NCBI GenBank assembly: GCA_048500355.1
Contig: JASNYD010000006.1
Location: 288,211-352,210 of the forward strand
Source: Kofleriaceae bacterium
Lineage (GTDB): Bacteria > Myxococcota_A > Polyangia > Haliangiales > Haliangiaceae
Reading direction: 5' to 3'
Length of the DNA stretch: 64,000 nt
The notes under the pieces: model-generated
Database searches by the model: none
What the model saw: the letters and a program-made list of their open reading frames with translations, nothing else
What the model was told of the DNA's origin: nothing
In this document: positions 1 to 9,953 of the stretch, piece by piece
How the letters are laid out: each line of letters starts with the position of its first letter
Numbering within the stretch: position 1 is the first letter of the stretch
Made by a program: the position numbers and the translations under genes

Positions 1-115
1 CGCACCGGCCGCAGCACGAAGTAGCCGGCCAGGATCGCGAAGAACGTCAGCGCCGCCCACGCCACGGCCGCCCCCTCGCCGGGGCGGAGGTCGAGCGCGG
101 CGGGCAGCGGGTTTC
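1..115 (-). CDS. Partial membrane transporter, N-terminus only; the gene continues beyond the window start. MFS-like or ATP/ADP-translocase-like N-terminal motif.
   Basis: Minus-strand frame reads TGA then GTG-AGNPLPAALDLRPGEGAAVAWAALTFFAILAGYFVLRPVR. The hydrophobic stretch followed by LRPVR resembles the N-terminal signature of MFS/TLC-type transporters. Only about 38 codons are visible. Confidence 0.35.
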
Positions 116-180
116 CGGCCACGGGTCACCGGGCAACCGCGGTCGCCCCGCCGCCATTCCCGCGCCGCCGCCGGCGGCCG

Positions 181-1692
181 TCACAGGCAGTCGTGGTAGC
201 CCTCGTCGCCGTTCCAGCCGCAGGTCCCGCCGTGGGCCGAGCAGTCGACCGAGTACAGCTCGCCCTCGTGGCAGTACGAGACCACCGCGCCGTCGCAGGC
301 GCCCTCGAAGCTGACGCCGCCGCACGCGCTCTCCAGGGCCTGGCCCTGGGCCAGCCCGACCGAGCCCCAGTTCTCGACCGCGGGCACGATCGTCTTGGTG
401 ATGGTCCGCGGCAGGTGGCCCGCCGCCGAGGCGGTGATCGTGACCGCGCCCTCGCCGACCGCGGCGAAGCGGTAGACGCCGTTGCCGTCGGCGGTCGTGG
501 TCTGGCCCGTGCCCAGCCGCACCGCGGCGCCGGCGAGGCGGGCGGTGGTGTCGGTGCCGCGGTAGACCACGCCCACCAGCGCGCCGGTGGCGCCGCCGCG
601 GGTCAGGCTGACGCTGCCCCAGTTGTCGGCGCCGGCCGAGACCGTGCGGGTGATGCTGGCGGTGCGGTAGCCGCTGCGGGTGACGGTGATGGTGTAGGTG
701 CCGGGCGCCAGCCCGGTCAGCTCGTAGACCCCGGTCGCCGACGCCGTTGCCGTCCGACCTCCGGACAGCGCGATCGTGGCGCCGCCGACCCGCGCCGCGG
801 TGTCGGTGCCCTCGTAGATCACGCCGCGCAGGGTCGCGGTCTGGGGCGGCGGCGGCGGGTCGGGCTGCTGGTTGCCGCCGCCGCACTGGGGCCCGACGGC
901 GAAGCCGCCGGCGGGCGCGCGGTCCATGCGGCTCGAGGTGGCCGCCCCCCACACCCCGTCCTCCGCGATGCGGTCGCCGGGGTGGTTGCGGTTCCACAGC
1001 CGCTGGAAGGCCTTCACCGCCAGCGGCCGGAGGTCGACGGCGCCGCTGCCGCGGTAGTCGAAGTGGACGGCGTCGCTCGCGCCGAACCAGGTGAAGCCGC
1101 GGGCGGTGAGCTTGCTCTTCCAGGTGCCGTGGGCCGGGACGTCGATGGCGACGCCCGACTCGTGGTTGGAGCGGCCGGGCTGGGCCGCGAGCGAGACCAC
1201 GCTGGTGCAGCGGCCGTTCCGGTACCAGTAGTAGAGGACGTACTGCTGGGCGGTGGCCCGCGTCGACGACGAGATGCCCATGGTGCCGCCGCCGGCGACG
1301 GCGTTGCGGAGCGCGGTCGCGGCGCCGGCGTTGAGCTTGGGCAGCGCGCCGGCGCCGAGGTTGACGTTGGCGATGTTGTCGATGCGCGCCAGGGTGCCGG
1401 GGCGCAGGCACTCGACCTCGGCGAGGAGCTGCTCCGACAGCGGGCGGACGCCGGCGGTGCTGCACGCGGTGCGCGCGACCTGGCCGACGGTGGTGGTGGC
1501 GGCGTAGACCCAGCGATCCGGCAGCTCGGGATCGCGGCTCAGCACGTCGTGCTCGTGATCGTGCTCGTCGTCGGCGTGATCGTGCTCGTCGGCGTCGACG
1601 CCGGTGCCGGCGTCGACCGTGACGTCGCATGCCGCGAGGAGGGCCAGGGCGGTCGCCAGGACGAGGTGGCCACGAGCGAGGGCGCGGATCAT
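181..1692 (-). CDS. Secreted lipoprotein of the peptidase M15 (VanY-like D-Ala-D-Ala carboxypeptidase / LAS) family with two CarboxypepD_reg-like beta-sandwich repeats and a Cys-rich C-terminal domain
   Basis: Internal ATG at 1692 gives MIRALARGHLVLATALALLAAC, a signal peptide plus lipobox. Motifs SNHESGVAIDV and DAVHFDY match the SxHxxGxAxD and second-His signatures of M15B/VanY. Two ~50-aa repeats (GVIYEGTDTAARVGGATI...GTYTITVTRSGY) resemble carboxypeptidase regulatory-like domains. The upstream part of the track ORF (to 2274) is compositional junk. Confidence 0.7.
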   Translation of the reverse strand: MIRALARGHLVLATALALLAACDVTVDAGTGVDADEHDHADDEHDHEHDVLSRDPELPDRWVYAATTTVGQVARTACSTAGVRPLSEQLLAEVECLRPGTLARIDNIANVNLGAGALPKLNAGAATALRNAVAGGGTMGISSSTRATAQQYVLYYWYRNGRCTSVVSLAAQPGRSNHESGVAIDVPAHGTWKSKLTARGFTWFGASDAVHFDYRGSGAVDLRPLAVKAFQRLWNRNHPGDRIAEDGVWGAATSSRMDRAPAGGFAVGPQCGGGNQQPDPPPPPQTATLRGVIYEGTDTAARVGGATIALSGGRTATASATGVYELTGLAPGTYTITVTRSGYRTASITRTVSAGADNWGSVSLTRGGATGALVGVVYRGTDTTARLAGAAVRLGTGQTTTADGNGVYRFAAVGEGAVTITASAAGHLPRTITKTIVPAVENWGSVGLAQGQALESACGGVSFEGACDGAVVSYCHEGELYSVDCSAHGGTCGWNGDEGYHDCL

Positions 1693-1837
1693 GGAGACCG
1701 CTTCAGCAACCGGGGTGCCAGCGTCCCACCTCCATGATCCGGGGCGGTTGGCGGCGGCGGGCGCGCGATCCCGCGATGACCAGCGGCCTCGCCACTGCAA
1801 CCGCCCGTGTGCAAACCGAGTGGTCCGACCTTTTTGC

Positions 1838-1866
1838 TTGACGTCCGAACCGGGGTTCTGTTGAAT
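1838..1866 (+). promoter_or_regulatory. Putative sigma70-like promoter (TTGACG, 17 nt spacer, TTGAAT) placing the transcription start at or next to the ATG of the downstream lipoprotein gene; possibly leaderless
   Basis: The sequence cTTGACGtccgaaccggggttctgTTGAATccgcgccATG is read directly. The -10 element is weak and this is only a sequence-pattern match. Confidence 0.25.
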
Positions 1867-1873
1867 CCGCGCC

Positions 1874-2935
1874 ATGAACCGGCCGCTCGGGGGAATCGCG
1901 CTGTCGCTCGTCGTCGCCTGCGCGGCGGGCTGTACCGGCACCATCGGCGGGGCCGATGACGACGGCGACGACGGCGGCCCGGTCACGCTCGCCTTCACCA
2001 CCCCGACCGCCGGCGGCGAGCACCCCCGCGACACCGTCGAGCCGTCGCTGGGCTGGCGCGCCGCCGTGGTCGACGTCGAGGTCGCGGTCACCGGCGCCCC
2101 GGCCCGGGTCGACCTGTCGGTGGGCGACGTCGCGCTGGGCACCCTCGACGCCAGCGGCCGCGGCCAGGCGGTGCTCGTCGAGCGCGGCGTCACCACCCTG
2201 ATCGCCACCGCCCGCGACGCCGGCGGCGCGGTGGTGGCCACCGCCTCGGTGGACGTGACGGTGGTGGAGCCCACCGTGGCCGACTGCCTGGGGTGGCTCG
2301 ATCTCTACGGCATCCCGTACGACGTCGGACCGGCGCGCCAGGGCGTGCCCGATCCGGTCACCCTGACCACCCCCATCAACGGCATCCCCTACCGCTACCT
2401 GGGCAACACCGGCGTGCGCCCGACCTTCTTCATGGACTGCTCGCTGGCCCGCTCGCTGCTCGAGGCCGCGCCCCACCTGCGCGCCCGCGGCGTGGTCGAG
2501 GTCACCGACATCGGCGTCTACAACTACCGCTGCATCGGCTCGGGCACGCCGCCCGACTGCCCGAGCGGCCTGTCGCAGCACGCGTACGCCCGCGGCATCG
2601 ACATCGCCGGCTTCACCGACGCCGACGGCATCTACTACTCGGTCAACGACGACTGGGTCATCGACCCGACGTCCGAGCCCACCTGCGCGGCGGCGACCGA
2701 GGGCGACAAGGACACCTTCCTGCACGAGGTCATCTGCGAGCTCAAGCAGCACGGCATCTGGAACATCGTGCTGACGCCCAACTACAACAGCGCCCACCGC
2801 AACCACTTCCACGTCGACCTCACCCCCGGCTCCAACTTCATCCGCAAGCCGGTCGCCGGTGGGGCCGACCTCGCGGCCGGCGACGAGCTGGGCGCCGTCG
2901 AGACCCGCCTCGACCTCGGCCCCGACGCGCACTGA
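1874..2935 (+). CDS. Lipoprotein with an extensin-like C-terminal / LAS (M15-like) zinc-hydrolase-type domain
   Basis: N-terminus MNRPLGGIALSLVVACAAGC is a signal peptide plus lipobox. The C-terminal region has SQHAYARGIDI and NSAHRNHFHVDL motifs (SxHxxGxxD ... HxH), typical of the Extensin-like_C / LAS metallopeptidase fold. It is divergent from the M15 gene. Confidence 0.6.
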   Translation: MNRPLGGIALSLVVACAAGCTGTIGGADDDGDDGGPVTLAFTTPTAGGEHPRDTVEPSLGWRAAVVDVEVAVTGAPARVDLSVGDVALGTLDASGRGQAVLVERGVTTLIATARDAGGAVVATASVDVTVVEPTVADCLGWLDLYGIPYDVGPARQGVPDPVTLTTPINGIPYRYLGNTGVRPTFFMDCSLARSLLEAAPHLRARGVVEVTDIGVYNYRCIGSGTPPDCPSGLSQHAYARGIDIAGFTDADGIYYSVNDDWVIDPTSEPTCAAATEGDKDTFLHEVICELKQHGIWNIVLTPNYNSAHRNHFHVDLTPGSNFIRKPVAGGADLAAGDELGAVETRLDLGPDAH

Positions 2936-2983
2936 GGGGCGCGGGCCGGGCCCGATCGGGGTCGCGGTCGAGCGCAGGGCCGG

Positions 2984-4021
2984 TCAGGTCCCGCCGCCGT
3001 CGCCGTTCGGGCGCGCCGCGTGCAGGCGGTGCTCGCGGGCGAGGACCAGCGCCTCCTTGGCCAGGCGCAGGACCAGCGGGCCGAGGATGAGGCCGGGCGC
3101 GCCGATCAGGGCGATGCCGCCGAACATGCCGACCATGATGAGGTACGCGGGCAGATCGAGCTGACCCCAGCGCGCGAGCATGGGGCGGAGCACGTTGTCG
3201 ATCGTGCCGATGACCGCGAGACCGACGACGGTGAGGGCGATCGCGGCCTCGACGCGGCCGGTGAGCGCGAGGCCGATCGCGACCGGTACCCAGACGAAGG
3301 CGGTGCCGACGGCGGGCACCACCGAGGCGGCGAGGGTGAGCAGGCCGAGGACGAAGGGCTCGGGGACATCGATCGCGACGTAGGTGATGGTGGCGACCGT
3401 GGCCTGGGCCAGGCCGGCGCCGCCGACGCCGATGAACAGGCCGCGTCCGGTCTCGGAGAAGGCGGCGGCCAGGCGGCGGAGGGCGGCCGGCTCGAGCGGG
3501 GCGTGGTGCTCGAACCAGTGGAAGGCCCGCGGACCGTCGACCAGCACCACGTAGGTGCCGGTGATGAAGACGAACAGGCCGAGGAGCGTCCGCGCCGCCA
3601 CCGCGAACACCACGCTCAGCACGTCCCAGGCCTGGCCGCCGTGGGCGACGATGAAGTCGAGCGGGCTCTGCTGCTGGGCGCCGGCGGTGGCGCCCTCGGT
3701 GACCAGCTTCTCGAACACCGCCCGCACCTCCTGGGACTCGATCAGACGCTCGGCGAGGAGGATGGTGTCGGCCACCAGCTTGACCGCGACGAGCCCGATC
3801 GGCACCAGGATGAGCGCGATGAGGGCGGCGGTGATGACGCCGGCCGCGCGCTGACGACCGCCGGTGAGGCGGGTGAGCGGCGGCACCAGGAAGCGCGCGA
3901 GCTGGCCGACCCAGATCGCCAGCACCAGCCACGTCCACAGCGGCGCCAGCACCAGGGCAGCGCCGACCACCAGGCCGATCACGAGGGCGCGCGGGACGCT
4001 GGGCGGCGGGCTCGGGCTCAC
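2984..4021 (-). CDS. AI-2E family transporter (PerM/YhhT/UPF0118)
   Basis: Multi-TM protein with the conserved AI-2E core (…LVDGPRAFHWFEHHAP…GRGLFIGVGGAGLAQATVA…TLAASVVPAVGTAFVWVP…). A GTG at 4021 gives VSPSPPPSVPRALVIGLVV as the likely true N-terminus. The upstream 119 codons of the track ORF are low-complexity. Confidence 0.75.
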   Translation of the reverse strand: MSPSPPPSVPRALVIGLVVGAALVLAPLWTWLVLAIWVGQLARFLVPPLTRLTGGRQRAAGVITAALIALILVPIGLVAVKLVADTILLAERLIESQEVRAVFEKLVTEGATAGAQQQSPLDFIVAHGGQAWDVLSVVFAVAARTLLGLFVFITGTYVVLVDGPRAFHWFEHHAPLEPAALRRLAAAFSETGRGLFIGVGGAGLAQATVATITYVAIDVPEPFVLGLLTLAASVVPAVGTAFVWVPVAIGLALTGRVEAAIALTVVGLAVIGTIDNVLRPMLARWGQLDLPAYLIMVGMFGGIALIGAPGLILGPLVLRLAKEALVLAREHRLHAARPNGDGGGT

Positions 4022-4106
4022 GCCCTCCGACTGTCGCCCCGGCGCGATCGGCGAGCAAGCGCGCCGCCGGTCGATATGCCGCGGCCGATGGAGTACGGTC
4101 GCCGCG

Positions 4107-4727
4107 ATGCGCACGCTCGTCCTCGCCGCCCTCCTCCTCGTGGTGCTCGCCGCGTGTCCCCGCAAGCCGCCGACCTCCGGCGGCGAGGCCGGCACCGGCA
4201 CCGGCGCCGCGCCGCCGCCGCCGCCGCCGGCGACGCGCACCCTCGCGGTGTCGAGCGGGCACCCGCTCGAGGGGCGGGTCGAGGGGACCGAGCGCGCGGG
4301 CGAGTGCACGACCGACGCCGACTGCTTCACCGGCGGCTGCTCGAGCGAGGTGTGCAGCGCCGAGGAGGGCGTGATCACGACCTGCGAGGTCCAGGACTGG
4401 CCGCAGGGCGCCGGCGCCGGCTGCGGCTGCGTGGCGGGGACGTGCCGCTGGTATCGCGACGGCGGCGCCGGTGGTGGTGGCGGCGGTGGCGGCGGTGGCG
4501 GGGCGGGCGGCGCGGGCGGCGCCGCCCAGGGCGAGGCCTGCCCCGACCGCCGCTGCGCGGCCGGCCTCGCCTGCGTCGAGTACTACGGCATCGCCGGCCC
4601 CAGCGGGCCGACGTTCACCTCGTGCGAGGTGCGCTGCGGCAAGGGCGGGCGCTGCCCCGACGGCCAGAGCTGCATCACGATCGCCGACGGGCCCGGCGAG
4701 GTGTGCCGACCCGCCGACGACCGCTGA
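4107..4727 (+). CDS. Cys-rich secreted lipoprotein with poly-Pro and poly-Gly linkers
   Basis: Internal ATG gives MRTLVLAALLLVVLAACP, a lipoprotein signal peptide. It has two Cys-rich modules (CTTDADCFTGGCSSEVC..., CPDRRCAAGLACVEYY...CEVRCGKGGRCPDGQSC) separated by a run of 16 Gly. Divergent from the AI-2E gene. Confidence 0.55.
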   Translation: MRTLVLAALLLVVLAACPRKPPTSGGEAGTGTGAAPPPPPPATRTLAVSSGHPLEGRVEGTERAGECTTDADCFTGGCSSEVCSAEEGVITTCEVQDWPQGAGAGCGCVAGTCRWYRDGGAGGGGGGGGGGGAGGAGGAAQGEACPDRRCAAGLACVEYYGIAGPSGPTFTSCEVRCGKGGRCPDGQSCITIADGPGEVCRPADDR

Positions 4728-4744
4728 CGCGCGCGGCCGGCGCC

Positions 4745-5560
<816 letters not shown>

Positions 5561-5700
5561 GACGCCATGATTTCCCGCGCCGATCCGACCTGTCAAGGAA
5601 GTCGCGAGCCCCAGGAGATCCGGAGCGCCGGCGAGAGCGCCGGCGAGAGCTCCCGGGAGCGTCTTCACCGCGCCGGTCCGGTCGGAGCAGCTCGCCTCGG

Positions 5701-6390
5701 TCAGCGTGGGGGCAGCTCGTCGAGGAACGCGACCACCGCGTCGGCGGCGCGCGCGACCGGATCGAACCCGGCTCGCTTCGGCACGTCGAGCCCGTGGTCG
5801 GCGTCGTCGAGCGCCACCAGGCGCGCCCGCGGCAGGGCCGCGACCACCGGGCCGAGCAGCGCCGGCGTCGCCAGGGCGTCGCGGGTGCCCGAGACGAACA
5901 GGAGCGGCAGGCCGACGTCCGCGAGGTGACGGGCCCGCTCGGTGCCGGGGGCGCCCGCCGGGTGGAGCGGGAAGCCGAGGAAGATCAGGGCCTCGATCCC
6001 GGGCAGGGGCGCCCGCGCCTGGGCCTGCGAGGTCATGCGACCGCCCATGCTCTTGCCGCCGGCGCACAGCCGCGAGGCCGGCGCCAGCTCGCGCGCGAAG
6101 GCGCAGGCGGCGCGCGCGAGGACCTCGACCACCGCCGGCGGATCGGGGCGGCGGCGGCCGGCGGTCATCGCGGGTTGCTCCCAGCGCAGGGTCGCGACGC
6201 CGCGGTCGGCGAGGGCGTCGGCGATGGCGACCATGAACCGGTGCGACATGCCGGCGCCGGCGCCGTGGCCGAGCACGTACAGCCAGCGCGCCCCGGCCAC
6301 CGGGCGGTGGAGCCCGGCGATCTCGCCGCGCGGGGTCGGGATGGTCACCGGCGTGGCGGGATCGGCGACGACGCCGGCGGGCGCGGTCAC
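5701..6390 (-). CDS. Alpha/beta hydrolase (dienelactone-hydrolase / KANL3-like family)
   Basis: GTG start gives VTAPAGVV...WLYVLGHGAGAGMSHRFM...CAGGKSMGGRMTSQAQ (nucleophile elbow GxSxG) ...DALATPA...DADHGLDV. Its start lies 9 bp from the stop of the upstream gene on the same strand. Confidence 0.65.
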   Translation of the reverse strand: MTAPAGVVADPATPVTIPTPRGEIAGLHRPVAGARWLYVLGHGAGAGMSHRFMVAIADALADRGVATLRWEQPAMTAGRRRPDPPAVVEVLARAACAFARELAPASRLCAGGKSMGGRMTSQAQARAPLPGIEALIFLGFPLHPAGAPGTERARHLADVGLPLLFVSGTRDALATPALLGPVVAALPRARLVALDDADHGLDVPKRAGFDPVARAADAVVAFLDELPPR

Positions 6391-6398
6391 GGCGTCCC

Positions 6399-8336
6399 TC
6401 AGTCGCCGACCAGCGGGCCGCAGGCGCCGGCGGCGCAGTCGCACGGGCCGCCGCAGGCGTCGATGATGTCGCCGCTGGTCAGGAACTCGCCCATCTGATC
6501 GATGAGGCGCTCGCGCCGCCGCGGGTTGTCGTGGGCGACGTTGCCCTGGTCGTTGAGCTGGTTGGTCGCCGGCGGCCGCGGCGACGGGTCCTCGTCGACG
6601 ATGACCAGCGCCGAGCCGGGCACGCCGGTGGGCAGGGGCAGACCCCACGGCATCTCGACCGACGGCCCGGCCAGCGGGATGCCCATCGTCCGCGCCTGCA
6701 TGTAGGCGGCGAGCGGGGTGACCTGGGCGTCGCCGAGCGAGGTGTACAGGAGGTACTGCTTGCGCGCCGTCCCCGGACCGGCGGCCAGGGGCGCCCAGTG
6801 CACCGGATCGATGACGTCGAGCCCCATCTGCAGCACCTGCTGGAGCAGGGTCTGCAGCAGCGGATCGGGGTACGCGCCCTTGAACGGCAGGCCGAGCACC
6901 GCCCAGTTGGTGGAGCGCTCGAAGAGCAGGCTCCAGTTGGCGGCGCCGACGTGGAGCACGGCCCGGGTCATGACCGGGTCGATCGCGAACAGCGTGCTGC
7001 CGAGGATGTGGCCCTGCGAGATGCCGTAGAAGGTCAGGTCGGCGGCGGTGTCGGCGACGCTCGCGCCGACGTCGTCGACCAGGATCTGGCTGGCCACCTG
7101 GGTCTTCGCCAGGGCCACCAGGGCGAGGACGTCGACCATGCCCTGGACGATGCGCTCGCCGAAGGCGGCGCCGCGGTCGAGGTCGCCCAGGGCCAGGATG
7201 ACGTCGGCGCTGTCCTCGCGCGACATGCCGCGCCAGTCGGCGCCGATGACGATGCGGCAGGTGCGGACGGCGAAGGCCTGCAGGTAGGCGCCACCGGTCT
7301 CCTCGATGCCGCCGAAGAAGCCGTGGCCGAAGACGGTGATGGGCGCGGGCTCGGCCGGGGTGGCGCACGCCGGCACGATCGCGACCGCGCGGGCGCGGGT
7401 GGTGCCGCGGACCTCGGGCCGGCCGGCGCCGTCGCGCAGGAGGCCGCCGGCGTCGCGCACGCTGGGGGCGTCGAAGTCGAAGCGGACCCGACGGGCGACG
7501 CCGGGCCGCGGATCGAGCTCGACCGCGACGTCGTGGAGCGCGAGGTTGACCCCGCCGGCGCCCTGGTACGCGGCGGCGGCGTCGCGGGCGGCCAGGAGGT
7601 CGGCGCGCAGCTCGTCGTCGGGCGCGGTCACGAAGTCCCAGGCCAGGAGGAGCTGGTCGCGGGCCACGCCGGCGGCGGCCAGACGATCGAAGATGTCGGC
7701 GTAGCCGGGGCGCAGGGCCTCGAGGCGGGCGTGGTCGGTGGGGCGGCCGGCGACCAGGGCGGCGAAGCCGGCCGGCACCGCGAGCTCGCCGCCGCCGGCG
7801 GCGCGCAGCGTCTTCTTGATGGCGACGATGTAGCGGCGGCCGCCGCCGAGGCGGGCCGCCGGGCGCAGGTAGAGGGCCTGGCGGTCGGGCTGGTTCGGCA
7901 GCGCGTTGACGTCGGCCTCGGCGAAGTGGGCCACCGGCATGCCCGAGGCGGCGTCGAGGATGAGGGTCGGGCTGTCGGGCGTGAGGCTGTGGCCGAGGTC
8001 GACGTGCCCGGCCAGGTTGCGGACGTCGAGCGGCGCGCCGAAGTGCGCGACGATCTGGGTGGCCGGCGAGTAGCCGCTGCGGCCGGCGAGGCGGGCCGGA
8101 TCGAAGGGCCGGCCGCTGTTGCCGGGCGGGATCGCACCGGCGGGGATGGCCAGCACGAAGCCGGTCGGCGAGGCGGCGCTGGGCTCGAGGTAGGTCGAGG
8201 GCGGCCACGGCGCCAGGCAGGCGCCGCCCTGGAGCGGGTTGCACTCCGGCGGGACGTCGAGCGACACGGGGTCCTCGCCGCACGCGGCCAGGCCTAGCAC
8301 GAACAGCGAGCTCGACACGAGCGACGACCGCGACAT
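6399..8336 (-). CDS. Large secreted lipoprotein, putative lipase/esterase-like alpha/beta hydrolase
   Basis: MSRSSLVSSSLFVLGLAAC is a lipoprotein signal. GHGFFGG and YGISQGHILGSTL (a GxSxG nucleophile-elbow-like motif) occur in the C-terminal half. No closer family assignment is possible without a search. Confidence 0.6.
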   Translation of the reverse strand: MSRSSLVSSSLFVLGLAACGEDPVSLDVPPECNPLQGGACLAPWPPSTYLEPSAASPTGFVLAIPAGAIPPGNSGRPFDPARLAGRSGYSPATQIVAHFGAPLDVRNLAGHVDLGHSLTPDSPTLILDAASGMPVAHFAEADVNALPNQPDRQALYLRPAARLGGGRRYIVAIKKTLRAAGGGELAVPAGFAALVAGRPTDHARLEALRPGYADIFDRLAAAGVARDQLLLAWDFVTAPDDELRADLLAARDAAAAYQGAGGVNLALHDVAVELDPRPGVARRVRFDFDAPSVRDAGGLLRDGAGRPEVRGTTRARAVAIVPACATPAEPAPITVFGHGFFGGIEETGGAYLQAFAVRTCRIVIGADWRGMSREDSADVILALGDLDRGAAFGERIVQGMVDVLALVALAKTQVASQILVDDVGASVADTAADLTFYGISQGHILGSTLFAIDPVMTRAVLHVGAANWSLLFERSTNWAVLGLPFKGAYPDPLLQTLLQQVLQMGLDVIDPVHWAPLAAGPGTARKQYLLYTSLGDAQVTPLAAYMQARTMGIPLAGPSVEMPWGLPLPTGVPGSALVIVDEDPSPRPPATNQLNDQGNVAHDNPRRRERLIDQMGEFLTSGDIIDACGGPCDCAAGACGPLVGD

Positions 8337-8383
8337 GGCCCGCGAGCGTATCGCGGCGGCGCGCGCGGCGATACCATCGCGTC

Positions 8384-9511
8384 GTGGTCGCCACGCGCCG
8401 CTTGCTGTCGATCACGCTCGTGGCCACGGCCGCGGGCGCGATCACCGCCTGCCACGTCACCTCCCGCTACCAGGACACCCGCCGCGGCGAGACCCGCCGC
8501 GAGCGGGCCGACGCCGCGCCCCGCCCGCTGCCGCCGTCGATGGAGGTCAGCCCCGACGGCCGCTTCCGCTTCGTCGAGCCGTTCGTGTGCGCGATGGAGA
8601 ACGTCACCGAGCTGGCGACCTTCGACGTCGAGCGCGACCGCCCCAACGCCGCCACCCTGGTGGTCGGCGTCATCACCGCCTCGCTGGGCGCGGTGGCGGC
8701 GGTCGCCGGCTGGTCGTCCGACGACGCCGCCGGCTCGCCGCTGTCGTACCTGGGCCCGGCCGGGGTCGTGGTCGGCCTGCCGCTGGCGATCGGTCCCCTG
8801 GTCGGCCACGACACGGCCCGGGTCCCGACCGGCACCCAGGAGCTGCGGACCGCCGGCGGCGAGGAGCCGTGCGGGACCCGGCCGCTGGCGGGCACCCGCG
8901 CCACCGTGCGCTGGAGCGGGCTCGAGGTCGCCGGGACCATCGACGCCGACGGCTACTTCTCGGCCTCGCCGTTCTCGTTCGTCGACGCCTTCGACGTCGG
9001 CCGCATCCCGGCCCTGGTCCTCGACATCGAGATCGAGCGCGACGGCGCCGAGCCCCTGCCGATGGAGGTCGTGCTCGACGCCGCGGCGCTGGCCGACGCC
9101 CGCGACGGCTACTTCGCGCGCGCCGGGATCGACGCCACCGTCGAGCCGCTGCGCAAGGTGCCGCGGCTGGTGGCCGGCGACCTGCGGGTGTCGCGGGTCC
9201 GGCGCGACGCCGACCGCGGCCTGCGCCTGGTCCTGCCCCTGGCCAACGACGGCCCCGGCGACGCCATGGGCGTCCGCCTCAGCGTCAACGCCGCCGGCGC
9301 CGAGCTCGACGGCCGCTTCGTCTACGTCGGCCGGGTGCCGGCGAAGAGCCGGCGCGAGATCGACGCCGTCATCCCGATCTCGGATCGCGCCGACCGCGCC
9401 CTGGCCGGCGACGACCTCGAGCTGGCGGTGATCGTGCGCGACGCCCACGGCACCGCGCCCGACGCCCCGGTGCGCTTCCGCGGCCGGGTGCTGTCGGATC
9501 CCTCGCGCTGA
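8384..9511 (+). CDS. Hypothetical lipoprotein
   Basis: GTG start gives MVATRRLLSITLVATAAGAITAC (lipobox). The 375 aa have a non-junk composition. No recognisable domain. Confidence 0.5.
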   Translation: MVATRRLLSITLVATAAGAITACHVTSRYQDTRRGETRRERADAAPRPLPPSMEVSPDGRFRFVEPFVCAMENVTELATFDVERDRPNAATLVVGVITASLGAVAAVAGWSSDDAAGSPLSYLGPAGVVVGLPLAIGPLVGHDTARVPTGTQELRTAGGEEPCGTRPLAGTRATVRWSGLEVAGTIDADGYFSASPFSFVDAFDVGRIPALVLDIEIERDGAEPLPMEVVLDAAALADARDGYFARAGIDATVEPLRKVPRLVAGDLRVSRVRRDADRGLRLVLPLANDGPGDAMGVRLSVNAAGAELDGRFVYVGRVPAKSRREIDAVIPISDRADRALAGDDLELAVIVRDAHGTAPDAPVRFRGRVLSDPSR

Positions 9512-9513
9512 TT

Positions 9514-9895
9514 GCGGGAAACGAACGGCGAGCCCGGCTCTCCGGTCGCCCTGAGCCCTTCACCGACCGCGGTCGGAGGTGGCGGGAAACGCGCGGTCGG
9601 AGATTGCGGGAAACGAGCGGAGAGCCCCCTCTCCGGTCGCCCTGAGCGCTCCACCGACCGCGGTCGGAGATGGCGGGAAACGAACGGCGAGCCCCATCTC
9701 TCCGGTCGCCCTGAGCGCTCCACCGACCGCGGTCGGAGATGGCGGGAAACGAGCGGCGAGCTCATCTCTCCGGTCGCCCTGAGCTCCACCGACCGCGGTC
9801 GGAGATGGCGGGAAACGAGCGGAGAGCTCATCTCTCCGGTCGGCCTGAGCCGCCCGAGCGCCAGCGAGGGCGTGTCGAAGGCCGACAGGCCGCGG
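9514..9895 (+). repeat. Tandemly amplified palindromic repeat element: ~5.3 copies of a ~70 bp unit (ctctccggtcgccctgagcgctccaccgaccgcggtcggagatggcgggaaacga...) followed by a unique 3' tail. A second, inverted copy lies at 42611-42712.
   Basis: Direct reading shows the unit contains the inverted repeat ccgaccg/cggtcgg. The 3' tail ctctccggtcggcctgagccgcccgagcgccagcgagggcgtgtcgaaggccgac is almost identical to the reverse complement of 42611-42668. Confidence 0.8.
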
Positions 9896-9953
9896 CCCCG
9901 CCCGAGCGACGTAGGGCGCGATTCCTTCCCACCCTCCCAGGCGCGCGAAGCGG

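Noticed and set aside
47-1630. Long ORFs (527 aa and many others up to more than 1700 aa, e.g. 2838-5558, 42488-47815, 47826-51479) translating to Arg/Gly/Pro/Ala-rich polypeptides
   Set aside because: This is the compositional artefact of a ~70% GC genome, where stop codons are rare in all frames. These ORFs lack domain-like sequence and overlap or antisense the protein-like genes. Only the segments with balanced composition were called.
6531-8297. 588-aa plus-strand ORF antisense to the lipoprotein gene 6399-8336
   Set aside because: Asp/Gly/Ala/Arg-rich with no motifs. It is an antisense artefact of the real minus-strand gene.
9514-9855. Tandem ~70 bp repeats resembling a CRISPR array
   Set aside because: There are no unique spacers; the units differ by only a few bases and are contiguous. 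There are no cas genes in the window, and a related single copy lies in inverted orientation at 42.6 kb. It is therefore better explained as a REP/MITE-like element.
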